Of a DNA stretch of 44,074 nt, positions 33,417-44,074 are shown in pieces. Source of the DNA: Batkoa obscura (taxonomy: Eukaryota). A model generated the notes under the pieces. It searched no databases, was not told the origin of the DNA, and saw only the letters and a list, made by a program, of their open reading frames with translations. The translations under genes and the position numbers were made by a program. The DNA lies in the NCBI GenBank assembly GCA_030770535.1, contig JASVEC010000136.1:1-44074 (forward strand). The letters are read 5' to 3'. Numbering within the stretch: the first letter of the stretch is position 1; each line of letters begins with the position of its first letter.

Positions 33417-36376
33417 ATGTTAACAACCCAACGAGTAATAAGACGATATCGAGGTAAACCATCCAACCTCTCATATCACCTCTTATTTATTATTAACCTC
33501 CTTCCCTTTTAGCTCTAACCCAACTACGCTCATACAATACTTCAACTTACAATTTCGAAACTATAGAAAAAAAATGGGAAAAAGTATGGCAAGAGAAAAA
33601 ATTGGTTAAGCAACCCAATACAGACGAAAAAAAATTTATTCTCTCTATGTTTCCATACCCAAGTGGTAATTTACATATGGGCCATGTAAGAGTATATACT
33701 ATATCGGATATGATTGCTAGATATTATAAATTAAAAGGGTTTGAAGTAAGTTCTTGATATTATGATTAAATTATATATATATATCTAATTAATAAATAGG
33801 TCATTCACCCCATGGGTTGGGATGCATTTGGTTTACCTGCTGAGAACGCTGCGATAGAGAGAGGTATCGAACCTTCAGTATGGACTGAAATGAATATCAA
33901 TACGATGAAAGAACAATTTAAGTTAATTCATACGGATTTAGATTGGGAAAGAGAAGTAAATACTAGTAGAGAAGAATATTATAAACATACTCAACAGTTG
34001 ATATTAATGTTATATGAAAAAGGATTATTATATAGAAAGAAAAGTTTAGTAAATTGGGATCCGGTGGACAAAACTGTTTTGGCCAATGAACAGGTAGATG
34101 CTGAGGGAAAGAGTTGGAGATCAGGAGCAGTGGTTGAAAAAAAGTATTTAGAACAATGGTATGTTAGGATTACGGAATATTCAGAGGTAAGAGAATAATT
34201 CTTTATTGTAATTTATAATTTATAATTGTTTTTTTTAGCAATTACTAAAAGATTTAGATCAATTAAATAATTGGCCAGAAAGAGTAAAATTAATGCAAGA
34301 AAATTGGATTGGTAAAGCAGAAGGTTGTAAAATTGAATTCCAATTAAAGGGAAATGAGAATTTAAAAGTAAGTTGAACATTTAAATAAATAGTAAAAATA
34401 ATAACAATCTGATAAAAACAAAGGGCATTAATGCTATAAGTGTCTTTACCACACGAGCAGAGACAATAGAAGCAGTAACCTTTATAGGAATATCTTATCA
34501 ACACGAATTAGTCAATTATATGTCCAACGATTTGAAATCCCAATTGAAAAATTATAATAATTTAAAGTATGATGAAATTAAAGGATTTAATACAGGATTG
34601 GTAGCAATCAATCCAATAACTAAAGAAGAGATACCAATTTATGTAGTATCTTATGTGTTGTCTGATTATAAACTAGGGGCTGTAATGGCAGTACCTGGAC
34701 ATGATAAAAGGGATTATGATTTCGCTATGACTGAAGAAAAATTAAAAAAGAATATTAAAGTGATTATTAAAAATAAAGAAGAAAGTAAGAATACTATTCC
34801 TTATTTATTAGATGAAGGAGAAATGAATGAGAATATCAAAGATGAAAAGAACATTGGCTTGAGTTGTAATGAATATCGTAACAAAGTAATTGATTTTATA
34901 CAAGAAAATAAATTAGGTAATAAAGAAATTGGTTACAAATTAAGAGATTGGTTGATTAGTCGACAACGACAATGGGGAGCACCAATGCCATTTATACATT
35001 GTAAGTCATGTGGTATACTACCAGTCAAAAAAGAATCCTTACCAATTAAATTAAATGAAAAGAAAACATTACCTTGTCCAAAATGTAATAAAGAAAGTGA
35101 ATTAGATAGTGATACAATGGACACCTTTGTTGATTCTTCTTGGTATTACTTAAGATTTTTAGATAATAATAATGAAGAGATGTTATGTGACGTAGAAAAA
35201 ATTAAAAAATATATGCCAGTTGATTTATATATTGGGGGTATTGAGCACGCTATTTTACATCTTTTGTATTCAAGATTTATTTTTAAATTTTTGACGGATT
35301 ATTATAAGTTGAATGAGAAGAATGAAGTGAGAAAGATATTGTTGAATGAACCTTTTGATAGGTTATTGACTCAAGTAAATATTTAGTATAATCATAATGT
35401 AATCACAAACCAATATTTGTTTATTATTAGGGTATGGTCCAGGGAAAAACATATAAATTGGATAATGGACGTTTTGTTAAACCTGATTTAGTTGATTTAA
35501 GCAACCCAGATTTACCAAAACATAAAGAAACGTTACAATTATTGACAACAAGTTATGAAAAAATGAGTAAATCTAAATATAATGGTATTGATCCAAAGGT
35601 AATAATAATTAAATAGTTATAATTATAATATTATTATATACAATAAATTATTTCTAATAATTACTTAATTATAGGAAACTGTCAGTAAATATGGAGTAGA
35701 TGCCACCAGATTATATATATTATTTAAAGCAGCTCCAAAGGATAATTTAAATTGGGAAGAATTATCAATTGTTGGTATGCAACGATATTTACAAAAAATA
35801 TATCAAAAAATCATACAAATCAATCAACAATCTATCCTCCCTGGTAATAACAATAACGAAAAAGACAACAATAGTAAAGAGTTATTATATAATTTGCATT
35901 TAACAATTCAACAGGTAGACAAAAGTATTTTAACTGAATTTAAATTTAATAGTTCTATTGCTTATCTCATTAAATTTTTTAATTTGATTGAAAAAGAAAC
36001 AAAATTTAATCCAACTTATTTAGATTGTTTTAAACAGTTTTTGATCTTGTTAGCTCCCTTCGCTCCTTCTTCGGCGGAAGAATATTATTCTTTATTGAGA
36101 AATATACACAATAAGAAAGAATCCATTTTCTTAGAAGATTGGCCACAATTTAATGAAAAGCATTTAATTTTAAATGAAATCACTTATGTGTTACAAATTA
36201 ATGGCAAAAAGAGAAGTGTTATTAATTTAAGTAGGGAATTACCTGAAGAGGAATTATGGAAACAAGTAGAAGGTTATATTAAAGAGGATAGTAAATTAAG
36301 TCATTTTATTCAAAATGGAATTAAAAAGAAATTATTGATAAAAAAAGCAAAATTAATTAATTTATTAACATTTTAA
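33417..36376 (+). CDS. NAM2: Mitochondrial leucyl-tRNA synthetase (bacterial-type LeuRS), ~6 introns
   Basis: Arg-rich presequence [33 protein letters not shown] (HIGH motif), [42 protein letters not shown]. Confidence 0.93.
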
Positions 36377-37754
36377 TTTTGGAAATTCAACTGAATTAAT
36401 TCCCCAACAACAACACAATTGATGCTATTTCCCAATAACCGATATTTTTGTAATAAACTAGTAGATTCAGTAAATTGAATAAAATGTGGAGTTGATGGTG
36501 TATTGCTTGTATCATTTTGATTATTTCTATTATTATTTCTATTTCTATTTCTATTTCTGTCATTATCTCTCATCCACGGCAATTTACTATTTTTATATTT
36601 CTCAGTTGGTATACCACTTAATAAACAAATCTCTTCAGGTGTAAAAAAACGCAAATTTTTATGTAATAAACTTGATTTATTATCAAAATCATAAGGCTGG
36701 ATTTGATCCTAAATATTCATTAATACACTTTATCGTAATTTACTATTTTACTTACTTCTGATCTTATTGTACTATCAATTAAGGTAGCTGAACTATAAAT
36801 ATGATGGGAACCATAAGACTAATGGCGTAAGATTAACATGTTATAACTAACAATAATAATTTTGTATTTACCTTTGTGAAACAAGCACTCCTTCTATCGA
36901 ACAGATTAACAATATCTAAAATTCAATTATAAGCAAAGAGGAAATTAAAATACATCAAACTTACCAAACTTGAAATTTTTTGATTTCAATATCAATTCTT
37001 TTTTCAAAAAATATTCTTCCTTACTATTATTCTCTTCTTGAATGACACCTTCATTAAGTCTACAGCATCCCAACTTATCCAATAGCTGATTATAATCAAT
37101 ATCTTTTTTAAATGGTATCCCAATCAACTCTTCCACATCAACCTCATTCCAAACCTTGACCATTTCCTCCACCTTCCCCTTTCCCTCGCCTTTCCATCCT
37201 GCTACACAATAGTATCTCAATCTATCATTTGGTATCCCAAACTGCAATGGAGTTAATAGATATTCTTTAACCAAATAACCCATTTCCACTAAAGTCTCTA
37301 TTGTCTTATCTCTCATACTTGAAGTTTCAAATCCATAAACATTTTCTAGCATAAAAAAAGTTGGCTTTTTCCTCACTTCTTTCAATAAATTTAATAAATG
37401 TAATAAAGGTTCACTTCGATTATCTTTAATTCCTAATTTATTTCCTCCCCGAGTAAAAGGTTGGCATGGTGGTGACATGAGCCAAGTGTTAACTATATCC
37501 TGCTGAAGATCCTTGATAGTCAATGAAGTAATGCTTTTGGTGCTTGTTTTGCTATTGAAAGTTAAATTGTAGCTGCTATTAGCAACTTCATTAATATCAT
37601 AACTATTAATGATGGTAAACGGTAAATCGGTGCGTTCAAGAGCATAACGCTATAAAATTTGAGTGTTATTTTAAGGTTAGAAAGTAAACGGAAATAAAAT
37701 ACTTACATAGCCCCCAATACCAGAGAAAAATTCAAGGATTTGTAGATCAGGCAT
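36373..37754 (-). CDS. TRDMT1: tRNA (cytosine-C5) methyltransferase DNMT2/TRDMT1 (Pmt1-like), ~4 introns
   Basis: ILEFFSGIGG (motif I), MSPPCQPFTR (IV), LENV.GFE (VI), GIPNDRLRYY (VIII), DNMT2-diagnostic CFTK in the exon at ~36872-36915, LRFFTPEE, YRLLGNSIN. Confidence 0.92.
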
Positions 37755-37938
37755 TGATTTATTTTATGAAATTCTAAAAAATAAGTACTATGTTTAGGAT
37801 ATTGTAAATTTTGTTTTTTATTTGGATACTATTGGTTTCGACTTCAAATAGAAATACCAAAAAAAGTGAGCAATTTATGAAAGAACTAAAAAGAAACATG
37901 CTATTTACTATCTCTTGTTATCAAACTAGGCATAATAT

Positions 37939-38034
37939 GGTGATGTTTTTTTATTTCATCACTTTTTCTATTTTTAGGGGCTATTTGAGTGGAAATTTTA
38001 TTAGTAAAATCCTTAAACCTAAAAATATATCCCC
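37939..38034 (-). mobile_element. MITE copy (reverse) in the DNMT2/NAT10 divergent intergenic region
   Basis: ATAT|GGTGATG...TTTCATCACTTTTTC...ATATCCCC|ATAT. Confidence 0.87.
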
Positions 38035-38309
38035 ATATATAGTTAGATACATTTAAACTATTTTTTGTTTTTTGTTATGAAAATTTTAATTGAATACATG
38101 AATAAAATTAAAATTTACACTATATCTGATAAAAAATATATATTTATAATTAATTTAATAATACTTAAAAAATGGAATTTAATTCAACTTAGTGTTTAAA
38201 AAACTTAATATATACTTTTGAAATTCAAGTCCGATAAATGAAATATTACTAATATTACTAACATTACTAAATTCACTCTTATATAGCTTTATCATAATAC
38301 CAATGTTTT

Positions 38310-38382
38310 ACAGATAATTTTTTTATTTAATTGCACTTAAAAAATGAACAAAATTGATGAAATCAAAAGGAAGATATCCCCC
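38310..38382 (+). mobile_element. Partial, degenerate MITE end
   Basis: GCACTTAAAAAATGAACAAAATTGATGAAATC...ATATCCCC. Confidence 0.55.
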
Positions 38383-38424
38383 AATAATTAGCTTTTTGGA
38401 AAAAATAAATAAACAAAAGCTGTA

Positions 38425-38506
38425 CAGTGCCAGTAGGGTTTGAATCCACACCTATTCATAAAGTATAGCTTGTGTGTGCTGCCTTGGACCACTCGGCCAT
38501 AACACC
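38425..38506 (-). tRNA. Degenerate tRNA-Leu(CAA)-like gene, probably a pseudogene
   Basis: Minus strand GGTGTTA TG GCCGAGTGGTCCAAGGC A GCACA CACAAGC TATAC [variable arm] GTGGA TTCAAAC CCTAC TGGCACT G: 82 nt, pairing acceptor stem, Leu/Ser-type D arm, T-run downstream; two mismatches in the anticodon stem, A at position 33, one T-stem mismatch. Confidence 0.7.
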
Positions 38507-38722
38507 CTGACAGTTGGATTCTTAATTTATCAATAAAAATTTTAACTTGTAGTAATCTCTATGCTTATATTTATCCCATAAATTCCAATCAATTTTCGAA
38601 TGATCCGAATTCTAATAAAAATCAAAGCACTTAAAATTCTAATAAAAAATTCAATATTAAAGCCTATCCTTTAACTAAAGAAATTTTTAATAGAAAAATA
38701 AATAGATAAAAGTCAACAAAAA

Positions 38723-41700
38723 ATGCCAAAGAAAGCATTAGATCAAAGGATACCAACATTGATTAAAAACAATGTACAAAAAAGAGAACGTAGTATGTTT
38801 GTTATCGTTGGAGATAGAGGGAAGGATCAAGTAAGTTGGCATTTGAATTTATACTTTATAAGAGAGATAAAATAAAATGTTTACTTATTGATTAATTTTT
38901 TAATAATATTAGATAGTTAATTTACATTGGTTATTATCCCAAACGAAAGTAGCAACAAGACCAAATGTTTTATGGTGTTATAAAAAAGAGTTAGGATTTA
39001 CTAGGTAAGTTGATAATATCCACATTTCTCTTGCTCGCAACTTCAAATCCCCAATATGATATTAATTAATCCCTTCACCTTTTTAGTCATCGTAAGAAAC
39101 GAGAACAAAAAATTAAACGAGAAGTAAAAAAAGGAATCCGAGAAATTAATACTGAAGATCCTTTTGAGTTATTTATTTCAGTTACCAATATAAGATATAC
39201 TTATTATAAAGAATCTCATAAAATTTTGGGTAATACTTATGGGATGTGTGTATTACAGGTGAGTCTATTTGAACTATCAAAAAAGTGTATAAAAATAAAA
39301 AAGAGTAAAGCTAATGATGATTTAATTTATCTAGGATTTCGAAGCTTTGACCCCAAACTTATTAGCTAGAACTATTGAAACGGTAGAAGGTGGTGGCATC
39401 GTTGTACTTCTTTTACGTACTATGAAATCCTTGAAACAGTTATATACAATGTCTATGGTAAGTTTAAAATAAGATAATACAAAGATAGGATCTAACTTTA
39501 AACTAGGATGTTCATTCCCGTTATAGAACTGAAGCACATGATGATGTCACTAATCGATTTAATGAAAGGTTTATATTATCATTAGGAGCTAGTGAAAGTT
39601 GTTTAGTAGTAGATGATGAATTAAATGTACTGCCCATTTCAGCAGCTAAAAACATCACAGCATTACCATCAGAATATAGTTTAAAAGATTCTGAAAGAGA
39701 AGAAGAGTTAAAAGAACTAAAAGAATCTTTAATAGATACTCAACCTATTGGTACTTTAATTAATAATTGCCGTACTTATGATCAAGCAAAAGCATTATTA
39801 ACCTTTGTGGATGGTATTAGTGAAAAAAGTTTACGCAGTACAGTTACTTTAACTGCTGGTCGTGGTCGTGGTAAATCAGCTTCTTTAGGTATTGCTATAT
39901 CGGCAGCAGTTGCATACGGATATTCTAATATATTTGTAACTTCCCCACATCCAGATAATTTAAAAACATTATTTGAATTTATATTTAAAGGATTTGATTC
40001 CTTAGGTTATACTGAACATTTAGATTATGATATAATACAATCAACTAATCCAGATTTTAACAAAGCCATTGTTAGAGTTAATATCTTTCGTCAACATCGT
40101 CAAACTATTCAATATATCCAGCCACAGGATCACAAAACATTAGCACAAGCAGAACTATTGGTTATCGATGAAGCAGCAGCTATTCCATTACCAATTGTTA
40201 AAGATTTGTTAGGACCTTATTTAGTATTTATGGCATCTACTATTAATGGTTATGAAGGTACAGGTAGATCTTTATCATTAAAATTAATTCAACAATTAAG
40301 AGAAGAAAGTATTGGATTTAATGGTAAAAAATCAAACGATATCATAACAAGTCATGGTGAAGTAATGAATCGAGATAATAAATCAAACAAATTAATAGAT
40401 GATAGTTTAAATGTATCCTCAGGCGGTAGATCTTTAAGGGAAATTAAATTAGAAGAACCAATCAGATATGCTCCTAATGATCCAATTGAATCTTGGTTAA
40501 ATAAGTTATTATGTTTAGATTCAACTATATCAAATAAAAACATATCAGGTTGTCCACATCCAAAAGATTGTGAATTATATTATGTTAATAGAGATACTTT
40601 ATTTTCTTATCATTCCATATCTGAAACATTTTTACAAAGGATGATGTCATTATATGTTGCTAGTCACTATAAAAACTCACCTAATGATTTACAGTTAATG
40701 TCGGATGCACCAGCTCATCATTTGTTTGTATTATTACCACCTGTAAATAACAATGTAAATACTTTACCAGATCCATTATGTGTAGTTCAAGTTTGTTTAG
40801 AAGGTCAAATATCAAAACAATCTGTATTAAATTCATTATCTAGAGGTATTAGGGCTGCAGGTGATTTAATTCCTTGGTTAATTTCACAACAATATCAAGA
40901 TGATGATTTTGCTTCTTTATCTGGAGCTAGAATCGTTAGAATCGCTACTCATCCAGATTATGTAAAGATGGGTTATGGAGGTAGAGCTATTGAATTATTA
41001 AATGAATATTATAATAATCAATTTTTAAATTTGGATGAAACTATCAATATAAATCAAACTATTGTTCCTAAAGTAACAGATGAAGAAATTCAACAAAGTG
41101 ATTTAAAAAACGATTTAATTAAAATTAAAGATCCTCGTAAAATGCCACCTTTGTTATTAAAATTAAGTGAAATACCACCACAGCCTATTCATTATTTAGG
41201 TGTCTCTTATGGATTAACCCCTCAATTAAATAAGTTTTGGAAAAAAAACGGCTTCGTTCCAGTTTATATTAGACAAACTTCAAATGAATTAACTGGGGAA
41301 CATACTTGTGTTATGGTAAAACCATTAAAAGATAGAAAAGATTTAATTACTAAATGTAATAAAAATTGGGATAAAGAGTTTTCAAAAGGTAATAAACAAA
41401 CAATAATTATGATATATTGTTTACTAACATTTTTCTTTAGATTTCCATAAACGATTTATTATCTTATTATCTTATCAATTTTCTACATTCCCCTCAATAT
41501 TAGCTTTAAGTATTATGGAAGCAGCTTATCCATTGAATGAGGAAATTCCAGCAATAACGAAAAAAGAAATTGAATATTGCTTTACTTCATATGATCTAAA
41601 AAGATTAGAATCTTATTCTAATAATTTATTAGATTATCATGTTATTATGGATTTAATTCCTTCTATTGCTGTCAATTATTTTACTCATAAATTACAAGGA

Positions 41701-42353
41701 TGTAAACTATCTGGAGTGCAAGCTTCTATTTTACTCTCTATTGGTTTACAGCATAAAGACATTGAAGTTGTATCCAAAGAATTAAACTTACCAGTTAGTC
41801 AATTATTAGCATTGTTTGCTAAAAGTATCAAAAAATGTTCTATGTATTTTAGAGAAATTTTAACAACTTCTGTAATTGAAGAAAATCCTAATTTACAACC
41901 AAAAAGTTTAACAGAAAAAGAAAGTAAAGATGGAAAAAAAGATTTACTGGATGATGCTCAATGGGATGCTTTAGATAATGAAGCTTTAGATCAAGAATTG
42001 GATAATGAGGGTAAACAAAAATTAAATCAACTAAGAGAAAGACAAAAAGAATTTTTAAATGCCATGGATTTAGAAAAGTAAGTTGAATTATTTTATTTGC
42101 TCTACATAATAAAATACTGATACCAATATTTTATTTTTTCTATTTTAGATATGAAATCAAAGTTGGAGATAATGAACTTAAAGAAGCAGAAAGTAAAGCT
42201 AAATCAACAGCAAGTGTAGTTTCAATTTCAAAAAAAAGAGATCAAGATAATAAATTTGACGGCTTAGCGAACAAAATTGCTAAAAGTAATACACCTAATC
42301 CTCAAGGTCAACCAAGAAATAAGAATAATAAAAAGGGAAAGAATAGAAAGTAG
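38723..42353 (+). CDS. KRE33: RNA cytidine acetyltransferase NAT10/Kre33, ~6 introns
   Basis: MPKKALDQRIPTLIKN..RSMFVIVGDRGKDQ, VLWCYKKELGF, helicase motifs TAGRGRGKSA, DEAAAIP, STINGYEGTGR, GNAT motif RIATHPDY..MGYG; basic C-terminus, stop TAG at 42351-42353. Confidence 0.95.
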
Positions 42354-42606
42354 AATGGTGAAGAAAAGTGGAGGGAATAAAGGATATGAAATAAAGTTAT
42401 AGAGCTATTTTTTATTTACTAATATTTTTTTAATATTTTGTGTGTGTTTTTATGTTGAGTGGTTTTATATTTCGAGTTTTTTAAGAAATTAATGTAATTT
42501 TAAAATGAGTTAAATAATTGATAAGTTAAAAAATAGATAAGGTCATTTCACTGTACACATTTGTACAAAGCTCTCCATTTTTTGCTGTCATATATATACA
42601 GCATAT

Positions 42607-42702
42607 GGGGATGCATTTTTGTGTTTAAGAATTTAACTAACAATCTTTTCACTCAAACAATGCTTGAAAAATGGAAAAAGTGATGAAATCAAATACATCC
42701 TC
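42607..42702 (+). mobile_element. MITE copy
   Basis: ATAT|GGGGATGC...ATACATCCTC|ATAT. Confidence 0.88.
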
Positions 42703-42943
42703 ATATATTAGAAATTTGGATTATGGTTATAATGTGTGTATATAATAAAGACGTTTGTTGGATTAAATTTCAAATTGATTAAATAGGGTTGTCTTTTGGT
42801 TTAAGGTCTTTACCACTTTTTAGGCGCTATTGAATTGAAAACTTAGTGGAATTTTTACAAAAAAACTATGAGTAGATAAACAAATAAATATATTCGTTTT
42901 TGACTGGATCTGTTTTTTTGGTAATTCCCTTATTTTTAATGTA

Positions 42944-43039
42944 TGTAAATGTATTTTTGTGTTTAAGAATTTTACTCAAATTTTCCGCTCAAATAGTGCT
43001 TAAAAATGGAAAAAGCAATGAAGTCAAAAAAATCCCCTC
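42944..43039 (+). mobile_element. MITE copy ~100 bp upstream of MED31
   Basis: ATGTATTTTTGTGTTTAAGAATTTTAC...CTCAAATAGTGCTTAAAAATGGAAAAAGC...CCTC|ATAT. Confidence 0.82.
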
Positions 43040-43137
43040 ATATTATTTCTTAAACTCATTTTAATATTTGACTTTTTTTGAATTTTTAAATTTTTGAATT
43101 TTAAAAAAATCCCCTGTTTATTTGTCCATACTATAGT

Positions 43138-43662
43138 ATGAATGCGGAAGAATTACAAATAGATCAACGATTTACCGCGGAATTGGAATTTATTTCTAGT
43201 TTATCCAATCCTTGGTACATTAATTGTAAGTTAAATTCAATATAATCTTAATAAAATACAAAGAAGAGAAAGTTGATTAATAATTAATAATTTGTTTTAG
43301 TTCTATCTCAACAAGACTATTTTCAAGAAGAAGAATTTATTAATTATTTGGATTATTTATTATATTGGAAACAACAACCTTATTGTCAATATGTTAAGTA
43401 AGTTTTTTGTTTTTTTATTAATCCATTTCCATTATTAATGTTCATCATTATCTTTTACTTTTATAGTTACCCCATCGCATTCTATTTTTTAGATTTGTTG
43501 CAAAATCGCAGTTTTCGGGAATCAATTCATCTTCAAGAAAACGTTGTATTTTTACATGAAAAACAATATTATCATTGGTTATATAATAAAAGAGCAAAAT
43601 TCATTATTCAAGAAATGGACGAAGGAAAAGATATAAAAGAAAGTAAAGAAATATTGGAATAA
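43138..43662 (+). CDS. MED31: Mediator subunit Med31 (Soh1), 2 introns
   Basis: QRFTAELEFISSLSNPWYIN|..LSQQDYFQEEEFINYLDYLLYWKQQPYCQYV|.YPIAFYFLDLLQNRSFRE is the Med31 signature pattern. Confidence 0.88.
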
Positions 43663-43822
43663 AAGGACTAATTTATTTTTATTTTTATTTTTTAAGTTTT
43701 ATTATTAAATTTTATTAAAGAAATAAATGTGTACTTTTTTACACAATTCAATATGTATTTCAATATTAGCTTAAGTTTTGATTCGCCTTTCAACTACTGC
43801 TCATTATCAAATCAAAATGAAA

Positions 43823-44045
43823 TTACTCGGGATGCATCAACTCATACATCAATAAATTTAAATTTTCCAAAGGATTACTTAATGTCGTTGTAGTTAAATT
43901 TATCGTATTTAGAAGCTAAAAATTCATGTAAATAAATTAATAAGAATCAAAAATTAAATTACCTGTTCAACATTTTTATTAAATAAAAAAGTAGCTGTTT
44001 GAAAATCTTTTGGATTAATTTTCCTTTTTAGGTATAAGGGAAAGC
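43823..44045 (-). CDS. 3' end of a UVRAG/Vps38 (Atg14-family)-like gene; continues beyond the window
   Basis: Two spliced exons give FPLYLKRKINPKDFQTATFLFNKNVEQ|LLNTINLTTTTLSNPLENLNLLM*, resembling the FPLY...F....FLLNKNIEQL C-terminal block of this family. Confidence 0.6.
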
Positions 44046-44074
44046 TGAAATTAAAATTAAAAATTAGTTTCTTC

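Noticed and set aside
36373..37754. C5 methyltransferase read as a DNA methyltransferase or RIP (RID) gene for transposon defence
   Set aside because: Small size, PPCQPFTR and CFTK motifs identify DNMT2, a tRNA methyltransferase.
7642..38056. Short ORFs 7642..7827, 30177..30395 and 37811..38056 share F(K/R)xYLSG(K/N)-like peptides and look like a small protein family
   Set aside because: The shared part is a translation of the 98-bp MITE; the flanks are unrelated.
38425..38506. G-to-A changes in the tRNA relic suggesting RIP-like mutation
   Set aside because: Only a few inferred sites; the near-identical DLH repeats and the intact transposase show no such mutation load.
944..43039. Recurrent ~98-bp sequence considered as a CRISPR-like or regulatory array
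   Set aside because: Copies are dispersed, irregularly spaced, in both orientations and carry TIRs and TSDs; the context is eukaryotic with no cas genes.

Overview
Very AT-rich, intron-rich eukaryotic DNA with short GT-AG introns and fungal-type proteins. An early-diverging fungus such as an entomophthoralean is plausible, but that is inference only. From left to right: three tandem GST-like copies (one apparently intact, two decayed); a STE11-type MAPKKK bracketed by two inverted, near-identical dienelactone hydrolase (DLH) genes, with a third DLH copy beyond; five intronless secreted class-3 lipases with an expansin/RlpA-like gene among them; an intact-looking 2455-bp Sola-like DNA transposon inside the lipase array; about 20 copies of a ~98-bp MITE whose two ends match that transposon's two ends; and a housekeeping block (mitochondrial LeuRS, DNMT2/TRDMT1, a degenerate tRNA-Leu, NAT10/KRE33, MED31, 3' end of a UVRAG/Vps38-like gene). 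The best-supported system is the Sola-like element plus its MITE family, including a nested MITE that directly shows a 4-bp target-site duplication (TSD). Also notable are the DLH inverted repeat with mosaic gene conversion around STE11 and the tight grouping of tRNA-handling genes. All family assignments come from motif recognition by eye; no searches were run.
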